This document shows positions 36,910-48,571 of a stretch of 60,000 bases of DNA, piece after piece. Within the stretch, counting starts at the first letter, position 1. Each line of letters opens with the position of its first letter. The notes below the pieces were generated by a model. That model saw only the letters and a list, made by a program, of their open reading frames with translations. It did not search any database and was not told the origin of the DNA. This DNA is from Squalus acanthias (taxonomy: Eukaryota), in NCBI GenBank assembly GCA_030390025.1, contig CM059432.1, forward strand, positions 153,824,001-153,884,000. The letters run 5' to 3'. A program made the position numbers and the translations under genes.

Positions 36910-37029
36910 GGATGCAGCTTCTTAAAGGCAAGTGACTGTGTAGAGACAGAAATTTTTAGCTAGCTAAGGTTCAAAGGCAGTGGGGGTGGTGGCAGGGAGA
37001 GATAGTACCAGATAAAGATGAGATGAAAT

Positions 37030-37270
37030 AGAGTATGTGAAAATGATGGGCAGAAAAGACCAGCTGGTCCATCAATCCTGCCCCACACTCATGATGGCTG
37101 GAGCATCATGACGAGACACTTCCTAACTCCCACCATCACAACTATGTAATCTCCTAGGAGAAGCAAAATTATTTTTTAAAAACCCAGGGTCAATTAGAGG
37201 GGGAAAAATCTGGAAAATTCCTCCCTGACCCACTCAGGTGATCAAAACAGGTCCAGATCACATTGAACAT
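37030..37270 (-). repeat. Interspersed repeat, probably the 3' end of another CR1-type family; partial copies at about 37660-37755 and 39500-39620
   Basis: GAAAATGATGGGCAG...GTCCATCAA.CCTGCCCCACACTCATGATG and AAAACCCAGGG...AAATCTGGAAAATTCCTC each occur twice. Confidence 0.55.
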
Positions 37271-38514
37271 GCGCACTGTTAATGCACTTACCTTTTATAT
37301 AATGCGGTCTCTGCCCCAACCAAGAACCGGTCCCCCAATGTTGAGGTATATTACAGAGTCTGGGAGCAAATGACAGAAAGGCACAGCACCCAATCCCCTG
37401 TTTCATGGCGAAAGAAGTGAATGTTACTGCTGAATGAAGTGGGTACAAGAAGACTTACCCTCTTTGGCACTGCAGGAGTGCAGCATGCTTGCAATACATC
37501 TGAGGCATAACAGGTAAAGGCTGAGGTGACCTTTACATTATTTGTCAGTATTGTACTTATATAGTAGGTTGGCTGTAGGGTGGTGAAATTGGTCTTGGGT
37601 GGCAGCGCCAAAAGGGGATAGAGAATCGGCAGCCCATTTTACACTCCGCCCGATTTGGGAGAGGCAAAAAAACAGATCAAAACCCAGGGCCGAAATGGGG
37701 GGAAAAATCTGGAAAATTCCTCTCCGACCCCGAGCTGATCAAACCCAGTCCAGGCAACCACAACTCTTTCACCTGTTCCTGTTCTGGTGAAGTCCTGCAA
37801 ATGATTCACGGGCAGCCTATTTTCTAGTGACCTGGCAGTAGTGGACTCATTATTTGTAACATTTAAAAGCAAATTTATCAAAGAGCAAATAAAAATTGCC
37901 CCTCCCAAAATGATTAGCAAAATACAGGCATCAACAAAGATTATAGAAACACTGAAAAAATCTAATGAAATAATAGTTTTAAAAAAATAAAAATCTGTGA
38001 AATTGAATCAGGTATTCATTGAAACATTTCTCCATATGGTCTGGAGCCTTAATAAGGCTTTGGTATATAATGTGTACAAGCACTGCAGCACACAAAATGC
38101 AATTGCATGGAAAATCACAGGCAAACGGAATCAGGTGCAAGACTGAGGACTGCTGGCCCACATTTTTGATTTCCCTGCACCTGCAAAAGACCCAAAACTC
38201 TACTGTAGAGAGTCTCTGACATGAAATTAAGTCATAACGGCTCCAAAATTAGTCAACACTGGTTGGGATAGAGTGTCATCAACCAAGAGACTGTTTGAGT
38301 AATGCACTAGATAACTTAGGTCTACATGGTTAACCAAGATCTTTAATTGCTGATGCACAGAAAACTTTCCTTGGAGAATGTTTCTCAAGTGGGCCAAAAA
38401 CTTTGCTTGAGGTTAGAATTATGCAAATCTCGTGGTTTGACAGTGGGTCGATAGATAATGCCTGCCCCCCTAACTATTGCAGCAGCCGCAACCTGATTGA
38501 GAATGCGCTATCAA

Positions 38515-38953
38515 GGGCAACACGGTGGCATAGTGGTTAGCACTGGTGCCTCACAGTGCCAGGGACCCGGGTTCGAATCTGACCTCGGGTGACTGTCTGT
38601 GTGGAGTTTGCACATTCTCCCCGTGTCTGCGTGGGTTTCCTCCGGGTGCTCCGGTTTCCTCCCACTGTCCAAAAATGTGCGGGTTAGGTTGATTTGGCTA
38701 TGATAAATTGACCCTTAGTGTTAGGGGGGGATTAAATATGTGGGGTTATGGGGATAGGATGGGATATGTTAGGGGGAATTAAATACGTGGGGTTACGGGG
38801 GTAGGGTGGGATATGTGTACTGTGGGGAATAAAAAAGCAGGGACAGGGTACTGGATTTGGATGATCAGCCATGATCGTATTGAATGGTGGAGCAGGCTCG
38901 ACGGGCCGAATGGCCTACTCCTGCTCCTAGATTCTATGTTTCTATGTTTCTAT
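38515..38953 (+). mobile_element. tRNA-derived V-SINE (HE1-like) with a CR1-derived 3' tail
   Basis: A box TGGCATAGTGG at 38526-38536, B box GGTTCGAATC at 38570-38579; V domain CTGTGTGGAGTTTGCACATTCTCCCCGTGTCTGCGTGGGTTTCCTCCGGGTGCTCCGGTTTCCTCCCAC; (TTCTATGT)n tail. Confidence 0.9.
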
Positions 38954-38984
38954 GATATTTTCTGGTTCATCTGCATATCCTTCC

Positions 38985-39205
38985 TTGTATTAGCAGAGGG
39001 TGTGGGGATCCTATATTAGCAGCGGGCGTGTGGGTCCTGTATTAACAGAGGGTGTGTGGGTTCTGTATATTCTTGTATTGGCAGGTGGTGTGTGGGTTCT
39101 GTGTATTCTTGTATTAGTAGAATGTTTATGGGTTCTGTATTAGCAGAGTGTATGCGTTCTGTATATTCTTGTACAAGTAAAGGATGTTGTGTGGGTCCTC
39201 TATGC
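38985..39205. repeat. Degenerate minisatellite (unit approx. TGTATTAGCAGAGGGTGTGTGGGTCC, 27-36 bp)
   Basis: About 7 imperfect tandem units; a short inverted copy lies at about 40709-40755. Confidence 0.7.
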
Positions 39206-39619
39206 TCTGGTGGTAGTAGATAGTATCAAATACTCTTCTGACAGGGGGTCCCACTTCATGAAGTGGAGGACAAGATGGATCAATTATACTTGGGGCACTG
39301 AAATTCAAGGCGAGTTAAAGGAGGAAAATTTGCAAGATTCCGATGACATTCACAAGGAGGGACTAGCATCACTCCACATGGGACTTGGCACAGGTAACCA
39401 TTTCTCTGTTCAATTCCCACTCTAATTCTTACCATCTACCTCAATCTTTCATTCTCTTGCATTGTATCTGCTTGACTTCATACTCTCACTCGTCCCCCTC
39501 AAACATACAAACATGCGAAAATGATGGGCAGGAAATGACCAGCTAGTCCATCAAGCCTGCCCCACACTCATGATGACTGGAGCATCATGACTAGACACTT
39601 CCTACCCCCACACCCCAGG

Positions 39620-40705
39620 CAAGGGGCTAATAAGAGTGAGGAACTTAAAGTAATTAGTATCAGTAGAGAAAAAGTACTTGAGAAACTAGTGGGACTAAAA
39701 GCAGACAAATCTCCTGGACTAGATGGCCTACATCCTAGGATTCTAAAAGAGGTGGCTGCAGAGATAGTGGATGCATCAGTTGTGATCTTCCAAAATTCCC
39801 TAGATTCTAGAACAGTCCAAGCAGATTAGAAGGTAGCAAATGTAACCCCGCTATTCAAGGAAGGAGGGAGAGAGAAAACAGGAAACTACATGCCAGTTAG
39901 TCTGACATCAGTCGTTGGGAAAATGCTGGAATCCATTATTAAGGAAGTGGTAACAGGGCACTTAAGTCATAATATGATTAGGCAGAGTCAACATGGTTTT
40001 ATGAAAGGGAAATCATGTTTAACAAATTTATTAAGAGTTTTTTGAGGATGTAACTAGCAGGGTAGATATAGGGGAACCAGTGAATGTAGTATATTTGGAT
40101 TTCCAAAAGGCATTCGATAAGGTGCCACATAAAATATTGCTACACAGATAAGGGATCATGGGGTTGGGGGCAATATATTAGCATGGATAGATTATTGGTT
40201 AGCGGACAGAAACGGGTCATTTTCCAGTTGGCAGGCTGTAACTAGTGGGGTGCCACAAGGATCAGTGCTTGGGCCTCAGCTATTTACAATCTATATTAAT
40301 AACTTAGATGAAGGGATGCAATGTATCCAAGTTTGCTGAGGATACAAAGTTAGGTGGGAAAGTAAATAGAGAGGACGCAAAGAGCCTGCAAAGCGATATA
40401 GACAGGTTAAGTGAGTATAATGTGGGGAAATGTGAGGCTACTCACTTTGGTAGGAAGAATAGAAAAACAGAATATTTTTTTAAATGGTGAGAAACTATTA
40501 AATGTTGGTGTTCAGAAAGATTTAGGTGTCCTTGTATAGGAGAAACAGAGAGTTAACATGCAGGTACAGCAAGTAATTAGGAAGGCAAATGGCATGTTGG
40601 CCTTTATTGCAAGGGGTTTGGCATACAAGAGTAAGGGAGTCTTACTACAATTGTGCAGGGCTTTGGTGAGACCACACCTGGAGTACTCTGCATAGTTTGG
40701 CTCTG
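39620..40705 (+). mobile_element. Decayed internal CR1 fragment
   Basis: KADKSPGLDGLHPRILKE through VRPHLEY with multiple stops. Confidence 0.85.
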
Positions 40706-42654
40706 GAATATACATAACCCACACACCCTGTTAATACAGGACCCACAGACCTCTGATGTTGAGATTTTTTCCTATTTGGCCTGGAAGGAATTTTGGGTTA
40801 GTTTCAGCTCACAAAAGTTTAACTCCCAGAGACACACAAGCCACCTGGCATGTTGTTTAGAACAAATTATTTGGAATACCAGACACATTAACGGTCTCAG
40901 AATTGTGTATTCTCACATACCATATCAGTTTGAGACAATTGGGAGTCAAATACATCCAACCTTTAATGTTAAAATGCAGGTTGACTTTGAATAAAAACCA
41001 AAGGGACCAAACTAAACATGCAATGTAGTTGTCATAGCTCCTGGTGGACTTCATTCAGGTGGTAACTTTAATTAGTAGCTCAGCAAGTCGATACTCAACA
41101 TAGAAACCTGAAGGATGTGTCAGAAGTCAGAGAGAGCTAAAATGAGTTCAGCCCATAACAGAGGGGCTGAGATGCATTATGTATTATTTTTCTATATTGA
41201 GCAGTAAAAATAAACCAGTTTGTTGGTTTAGTTAGCTCCATCTTACTAGAGTACTTTTGAGTCTGTCTTCTGACAGATCAATTGCATGCACCTATGCAAA
41301 ATCACAGTATCCAGTACACATGAGGGGTCTCATTGTTGGTGCTTGGGTCACTAGATACTCTGCAGTAAATGTCATCTAATAGGAGTGGCAGATGACATTG
41401 AACCAGAAATAATATCCAGTGCAGACACAAAATTTGTAACCAATGCCAAAAACCGTGTGGACAAAAGCAAGTCCTCTTAGAACTTATATACAATTAAAAA
41501 TGGGAATTTTTTGCGAATTTTGTTGTTTTTCAAATTATGTACCTAGGATGATAACATCCCCACATAACTAGCCTTCCACCCACCCCACAAAACCTTTTAG
41601 GAGAGGCAACGAGACTTGTAGCCAATTCATGATTCCTTTGTCATAATTTCCTTTCCAACTTCTCATGGGGATCAGGCAATCTACAAGAAGTCCCAAATCC
41701 ATTTGTAATTTTCCAGAATAATTAATCTTACCATTCATATGCCTCGAGTATCTTGTTTTCTAAAAAAATGCATCCAACACCTTCTTGAAGGACTGTACTA
41801 GAATCAGTCTTCACCACCACCTCCGGAATCCTGTCCACAGGTCAGTCACCCTCTGGGAAAAGTAAAACTTCCAGACATCCAAAGAACCTCACGCCCTGCT
41901 TCCTCAGTTTATATGGGTGGCTTCTATCGAGGGATACACCACCATTTAGGACAGACACTGAATGTTTCCATTTTCAGAAGCCTGGTGTCTGATTACAGAT
42001 ATTGGTTATGAAAAACAGATTATATTCTGGTGGAATTTAAATGACCCTTGTGTCAATAAGGGGCTGGCATTTCTGCTTCTGGTTGTTTTATTTTTGAAGG
42101 GCGTAGAGAGAACATGGAAAGCAGAAAATGTTAAATACCTCTGCACAACTGTAATAAAGATCAACTTATTCAAATAAACTTTCATTTGCAAGGCTTATTA
42201 TAGGAAAAGACTGCTGTCCATCTGTCTAGTTCCAAAAACAAATATTAGTGCCCTCAATCATCCATTCCCATAAATACCTGTTCAATCCTCCCTTAAATTT
42301 TCCCATGTCTGCCTCCACTGCACCCTTCAACAATCCTTTCCAAACACTCACCACATTCTGCCCGAGCAGCTTTCCTTATCCAAGTTTGAGCCAGTTACCC
42401 CTGGCTCTACTTTGTGGCAATCTCAAACTTATCAGGGTTCAATTTATCTATTCCTTTAAGGATCCTGATTGTCATCAAGATGATCTTTCTTGGCTGTATA
42501 AAAATTTATGTTGCAACACAACTAAAGCGGTGTTAAACTGCTGGCTGCTATTTAGCACAAGATTCAGCAGACTGACATCCATGGAAGAGGAGTGTCCATT
42601 CCAATGTTCACAGGTATTGTAGACAAATGGGTTCTGCAGAAATTAATCTCCATC

Positions 42655-42660
42655 TTTATT
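42655..42660 (-). terminator. Candidate distal CDK13 poly(A) signal AATAAA (alternatives 43103-43108, 43182-43187, 44412-44417)
   Basis: TTTATT on + at the end of an AU-rich, TE-free tract downstream of the CDK13 stop; usage is not demonstrable from sequence. Confidence 0.4.
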
Positions 42661-45187
42661 TACAGATCCATACAAAATTACAATGCCAGAATGCAATCTT
42701 TTAACAAATTACATGAAACTTTGAAAAGGCCATAGTATTCATAAAACATATTACAGTATAAATAGCTTTTTCTTTTTCAATTCTTCTGAAGTGGAGATGA
42801 AGTAGGCCAACAGAATGACATCCTGAAAATTTGAAAATAAAACAAACAACTGATTTAGGCTGGGAGGGCAAGCATTTTACACCTGGGTTTGCACTAAAAT
42901 ATGAATGTGCCCATTTATCCCCGAGTATATCACAATTTTGGAATGATTTCTAACCTGTACCTTCTATGCACGACAGTGAAAATTAAAAAAAAATTACAGG
43001 TCTCAATTTATACAAGTGTAACAATAAGGTTTCCTGTACAGGACAGCATTATTTCATCACAGTAAATATGGATGTCCAGTAATGGTTGGGCACCTGAGAT
43101 CTTTTATTATACTGTATGCGTAAAAGTCAACAAGAGTGGGCACAGGAAATGGAAAAATACAAAATAAACCTGAAATGTACATTTATTTCAATCAACAAAA
43201 TTTTGAGCGGAGCACAGAAACTGCAACTGAATCAGAACAGGATTATTTTGTCAGTGGGAAAATAATGCTTTAAAAACTTATGCACGACTCTGGAAAATCT
43301 GCAACTCAGCACACATTCCAATTCTCTCCCCACCCAAGGGCAACATCCTCATGTATTTGAAACAGCAGAGATCAACTGGGCTATAAATTTATACATCCAT
43401 GCCAGATTAGTGTATGGTTGGAAATTTACTACAAATTGACTAAGTTGGTACCATTGCAAAATATGTACATACGTGCGTAACATCAAGCATGCCAGTGGAA
43501 CACACAGCAGCTATTTCACTGTAATGGTATCTAGTGCTGAGTGTCTAGCACTGGAGAGCTTGCATAGTAGGACTTGGTGGTAGAATGGACTATATTGAAC
43601 AGATCAGTAAATCAGGATCTGGAACATCACGCCTCACTCCCATCCTGCCCGCCAAAAACATACCAACCTCTGCATACAGCTTTGCACTTCCATGTCAATT
43701 GTAACGGCAGAATTCTAGCAAATAAACAGGAATTCTTGACAGTTCAATATATCTGAGGAACTTCAAACACGTGATGAGTTTTGGTTGCAATTCACGTTAA
43801 GCTCTCTTATGCCCTGAGGGCAAAATGAAAATTCAGAGGTGAAAAGTCTATTATACATTGGATTTTGAGAATGGAACAGGTTCCATCTTTGTGGTGGCAG
43901 AAGCAGGTAAAAAAGATATGCCCAGAACTAGTATAAACTGTACTCATGTCAGCTTCCTTTGTTACAGGTTGCCTCTGACCATTTTAGATTATTTATAGCA
44001 GATAACAAATACCTCTAAACGAACAAGGCCTCATGGCATCTTTAAAAAAGACACCACAGTGAAACTGAAGTGGGTTTATGAGCTTGGTTGGAGATTGAAT
44101 TACAAAGCACTCATTCCTCAGCAGTGTGAGTCATCACATACATTCATTTTTGCTTTAAACTGTAACTACCATTGCAAAGGGCATCGCCATATTTTTGATG
44201 TAGGAATTGCCTTGTACCACAAATTGTGGGGAAAGTTTACCACTGAGCAGAGATCTCCATCGAAAATGCCCTCTTTTCCAAACCTAGCTTGTATCTACCA
44301 GACAGCTTTATGTAATGCAAGTTATTTTGACAACAGGCAGAAGTAAACTGCCCAAATGAATGAATTGAAAGACCCACGAAAAATACTGAAATAACCAGGT
44401 GTTTGCTGCTTTTTATTTTTGTATTTCTTTTGTTTTTAGTAAGAATTGTCTGATAAAAGTAGAACTACAAAACAAGGCAACAGTTCAGTTTGCATGGACT
44501 TTACTCAAAGCTTCTGATGACTTTTTTTTAAAAAAAGGACCACATACTCGCTGTCCTTATATAAATAGGGTAAACCAAATTGGTATTTTTAGTTCAGGTA
44601 CAATGTGTATTAAATCACATTTTCTTCAATAACGCCAAGCTTAAGAACTGACAGCTACCTGCCAATAATTATTTTTTTAAAGCACACTACTTAAGAGCCT
44701 TGCAGAGTCTAGCAGCTCAGATAGTAGACAGTTGGTCCAAACTCACAGAAGAACTTAATGTACAGAATTCTTGCCAACGTTATGATCACGGTCTTGCTAG
44801 GTTTTAGCAACAAGTACCTCAAAAGTCAGCCAGCCTAGAAATACCATTCTCTTCAAAACTGCTATAATACAAATGGGTATAACCTGTCAAAAGGGAAAAA
44901 GTGATGTACAATCATAAAAATAATCTTTTTAAAAACAGAATTGTAGAACGAAGGACGAGGAAAAATATCGCAGTTCATGAGAAGTCTAGTGTTTTCTTCA
45001 TTACTTCCCTTCGGTTTTGTAATGGAACACACTTCAAATTTGTCAAATCTAATAACTTTTGTATTTGTATTCAAATGTACATTTTACATTAAAAAAATCC
45101 CTGGTACAAACCACAGCTATGCAGAGGACTTCCCAGCTGTTTATCAGTGTATCATTCATGTATACTATATGAAGTCTGGTCTGTAAA

Positions 45188-46065
45188 TCAATATGGTAAA
45201 CCTCTGCCTCGTCCTCCTATGGTTGATGTGCTAATGCGCCCACTGTAGGCATGAGAATAACCTGCTCCACGCCCAGGGGACCCCCAGCTCTGTCCATGAA
45301 GGGGGCCACTGGCCGCTAGGTTCTCTTGTCTGTTGGCAACATACCCATAATTCTGCAGTTTTGTGGCAAGAGGCACATTTGCACTGTTAGTACTTTCAGG
45401 TATTGCTGCTGGATTACTTCCACTGCTGCCCAACGGGGGCAGAGCACCGCGGCTGTATTCAAATCTGTGGTCTTTATCTCCTGTAAACTGCATAGCACTG
45501 CTGTTGAGATAACTAATCCCTTCTCCATAACCTGTCACTGAGCTAGAAAAGGCCTCCGAGTAGCCAGAATGCAGGTGTGCACCACTAGCATGAGATGATG
45601 GAGCACTGAATGCAGACGATACGGTATCCAGTAGCGAGTGACTGGGGGCGTCCGCACTACCCAGGAAGGTGCCCCTTCCCCCACTGCCGCCAAGTCTGCT
45701 GCCGTACCCATCACTATTGAAGTTACTAGACGAACAGGATGTCCCAAATCCATCCCCGTACTCTGCAGCAGTTCTAAGGTTACCACCTGCTCGATAGTCA
45801 ACAGCTGTCTGCCCCAGCTCCTGGGCTTGGTGATGAGCTAAAAGCTCTAAAAGGGCTGCCTTCACCCCTGCAGCTGGATCGCTCGTGGAGCAAGGAGTGG
45901 CACTATGCTGCTCCTCTGCCTGAAAGTTCCCGTCTGCTGAAGCAGGTGGCGGCTCCGGCGGCTCCGGAGGTCTCTGGTCTGGAGGCAGGATTCGAGGATG
46001 CTCATGTACGGGCGACTGGTCTGGGATGCTAAGATCCGACTGTCTAGTAGAGTCATCGTTGAAAT
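45188..46065 (-). CDS. CDK13: Cyclin-dependent kinase 13, last coding exon
   Basis: Acceptor ttcag| before 46065, phase 1; translates (D)FNDDSTRQ...PRILPPDQRPPEPPEPPP...AGVKAALLELL...GDKDHRFEYS...GRGRGLPY*, matching the vertebrate CDK13 C-terminus. Confidence 0.95.
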
Positions 46066-46699
46066 CTGAAATTACATATGTTAGGATTTTGACAATGATT
46101 TAAAACAAAAATTGTGAACCACAAAACCAAAACCATTCACCACCGCTTCTTTGCAGAGAGATGCATAATGAAGAGAGGTGTTTCCTAACCACAGCACAGC
46201 CCACCCCCAGGCAAGGGAGCAGGCAGGTAACAAGCTCCAAGAATCTTTATCAATACTGCACTGAAATTGGCTGCATGGTAAACAAAAAGCAACTCCTTCC
46301 ACTGGGGGAAAAGCTGAAGTTGTTGAGGCATGTGGGTTTAAACATGCGTGATACCACTCCAATATATGGAAATTGTAACTTAAACCTGGGGATTTAGCTG
46401 TTACATGTTACACTACAGAATCATATGAGTCAAATGCAATGACCTTTATACCCAAAGTTAATGATAAAATTGAATCGGTCAAATGTTTAAAATACTGAGT
46501 TTCGTACTTTCTTTACAAGCTCAGTGAAAATTCCTGAATGCAGATATCACGGTATGAGCGTTAAAATTTGGGCTTTCTCCCAATACTTTTTATCTTTGGC
46601 TCACAGCAAAAAGGTAGTTTCCATAAGCAGATAGATTCTCCAATGCACCATTCCTGTGCCCTTATAACTGCTGTGCCCAGAATGAACTATTATCTTTTT

Positions 46700-47120
46700 C
46701 AAAAGGTCATAAAATTATTAGATGAAGGCGGCATTCGACTGTTTCTTAAATGATTTCAGGGTTTTTGTCCCCACTACCCAGAGTCTATTCCAGGTACTGA
46801 TCATTTTTTTGTGAAAAGAGCTGCTTGATTTCAGTGCTAAATTTGCCTTTTACTAGTTTAAAAAAGTGTCCCCTTGACCTATGGCAAGTTCAGTTTGAGA
46901 TAGTTTTTCTGAATCTACCTTTTCCTTACAGTTTACTATCTTGCATACAAGATTGTCTCTCCCGCATCTCTTTTCAAGACTTAAAGCAAAAGTTATTGCT
47001 CATAACATAGCCCTTTGATGATAGGGACCAGCACATGGCTCTTTTCTGAACTGCTTCACAGTGAATACAAGGGACACAGTACTCAAGGGGTGGTGTCTGA
47101 CCAGAGTACTATACAGTTTT
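46700..47120 (-). mobile_element. Old CR1 3' fragment
   Basis: Degenerate similarity to CR1 ORF2 C-terminal DNA (for example ACAGTACTCAAGGGGTGGTGTCTGACCAGAG on +). Confidence 0.45.
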
Positions 47121-47550
47121 TTTGCAATATCAGGCACCAGAGATCACATGGGCTGACCTCCACATTCTATCATCTTCGAAGGTCATGAATGCTACCCCAA
47201 CAGGCCACTGTGTACAGGCTAAATTTAATAGTTACATTTATTTACAAGATAGTTAATACATAGAAACAGTAACACACAGCAAGAGACCATTGTTTTAAGT
47301 GCTATACCTTTAAAGACAGAATCAGTCATAAAGGGCTGTAATACCATTTTCAAGGAACTATTTCTTACACAATTAAAACAAAATGGTACAATTTTAAGGT
47401 GGGGGGGGGGGGGGTGTGGGGGTGCAGGAAGAGAGAGACCGGAAGGTCCACATACATAAATCTTTGAAGGTGGCAAGACAAGTTGATAAGGCTGTTAAAA
47501 AAAGTTGTTTAAAAAAAAGCAGACGGGTCCCTGGGCTTTATAAATAGAGG

Positions 47551-47739
47551 TCATGATGCGGAGATGCCGGTGTTGGACTGGGGTGGACAAAATTGAGAGG
47601 TCGCACAACACCAGGTTATAGTCCAACAGTTTTATTTGAAATCACAAGCTTTCGGAGTTACGAAGGAGTAGTAACTCCGAAAGCTTGTGATTTCAAATAA
47701 AACTGTTGGACTATAACCTGGTGTTGTGCGACCTCTCAA
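47551..47739. mobile_element. 189-bp Penelope-derived hairpin insertion
   Basis: Perfect 69-bp inverted arms 47593-47661 / 47671-47739 with a 9-nt spacer; 15-bp TSD CTTTATAAATAGAGG at 47536-47550 and 47740-47754. Confidence 0.95.
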
Positions 47740-47825
47740 CTTTATAAATAGAGGCATAGAGTACAAAAGCAAGGAGGTTATACTAAACCTTTGTAAATCA
47801 GTGGTTAAGCCTCAGATAGAATACT

Positions 47826-48513
47826 GGCCCAGAAATTCCGTTCGCAGGCCTCCCGCAGGCGGAGGGCTGCGATCTGGAAAAATCTGCGCCTGGACCGGAG
47901 GGCTCCCGGGAGGCGCAGAGTTCCGTTGCTGGGCCTCTCCAAACTGCCAGTGCGCAGGGCCCACGTATCCCAGAGGCGCAGGCGGCTTGCAGCGTCCCTG
48001 GGATCACGTGGGCCATGGGGAGCCAGAGAAGGGAATCTCCCTTCATACATTTGACAGGAAGACCTGTCAAATATATGAATAGAGATCACCCCCAAAACAT
48101 AGTAAAACTTAAATAAAGTTTAAAAAAACATCACATTTTTAAAATGACTTTAAATTACAAAAATTTTATATTTTGAAAAAAATAATTAAAGTTTTTAACA
48201 GGGCTAAAAATAAACTTACCTTTCTTTAAAGTATTTTTAAATGATAAATCAGTGGAATTTTTTTTAAACTTTTTTTTCCAAACTCTTATCCTGGTAAAAG
48301 CAGGCCTTACGCCTGCTTTTACCAGGTGCAAGAATTGTAAATGTTTTCTGCAGGCGGAGGGTCTCTAAAAAATGGAACGCTCCACCCGCAGAGGCGCTGC
48401 TCCAGCTTTCTAGACAGATCGGAAATGTCTGTTTCCAGCGCATGCCTAAAACCGGCATTTCTGTTGGCCCCACACAGCGCGTACACACTCGTAGGGAACG
48501 GAATTTCTGCCCC
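47826..48513. mobile_element. Harbinger-like MITE (third family)
   Basis: TIR GGCCCAGAAATTCCGTTC / GAACGGAATTTCTGCCCC; flanks ACT/ATT. Confidence 0.85.
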
Positions 48514-48571
48514 ATTATGTCTAATTCTGGGCACCCGCTTTAGGAAGGATGTCACGGCCTTAGAAAGGTTT

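Noticed and set aside
38515..38590. tRNA gene
   Set aside because: The A/B boxes run into a V-SINE body and LINE tail; it is a SINE head
1..42500. MPLKIP or SUGCT exons expected from mammalian synteny downstream of CDK13
   Set aside because: No recognisable coding match found by eye in this window
45862..46056. ORF MTLLDSRILAS... as a separate gene
   Set aside because: Alternative frame of the CDK13 last exon; the spliced frame is the recognisable one
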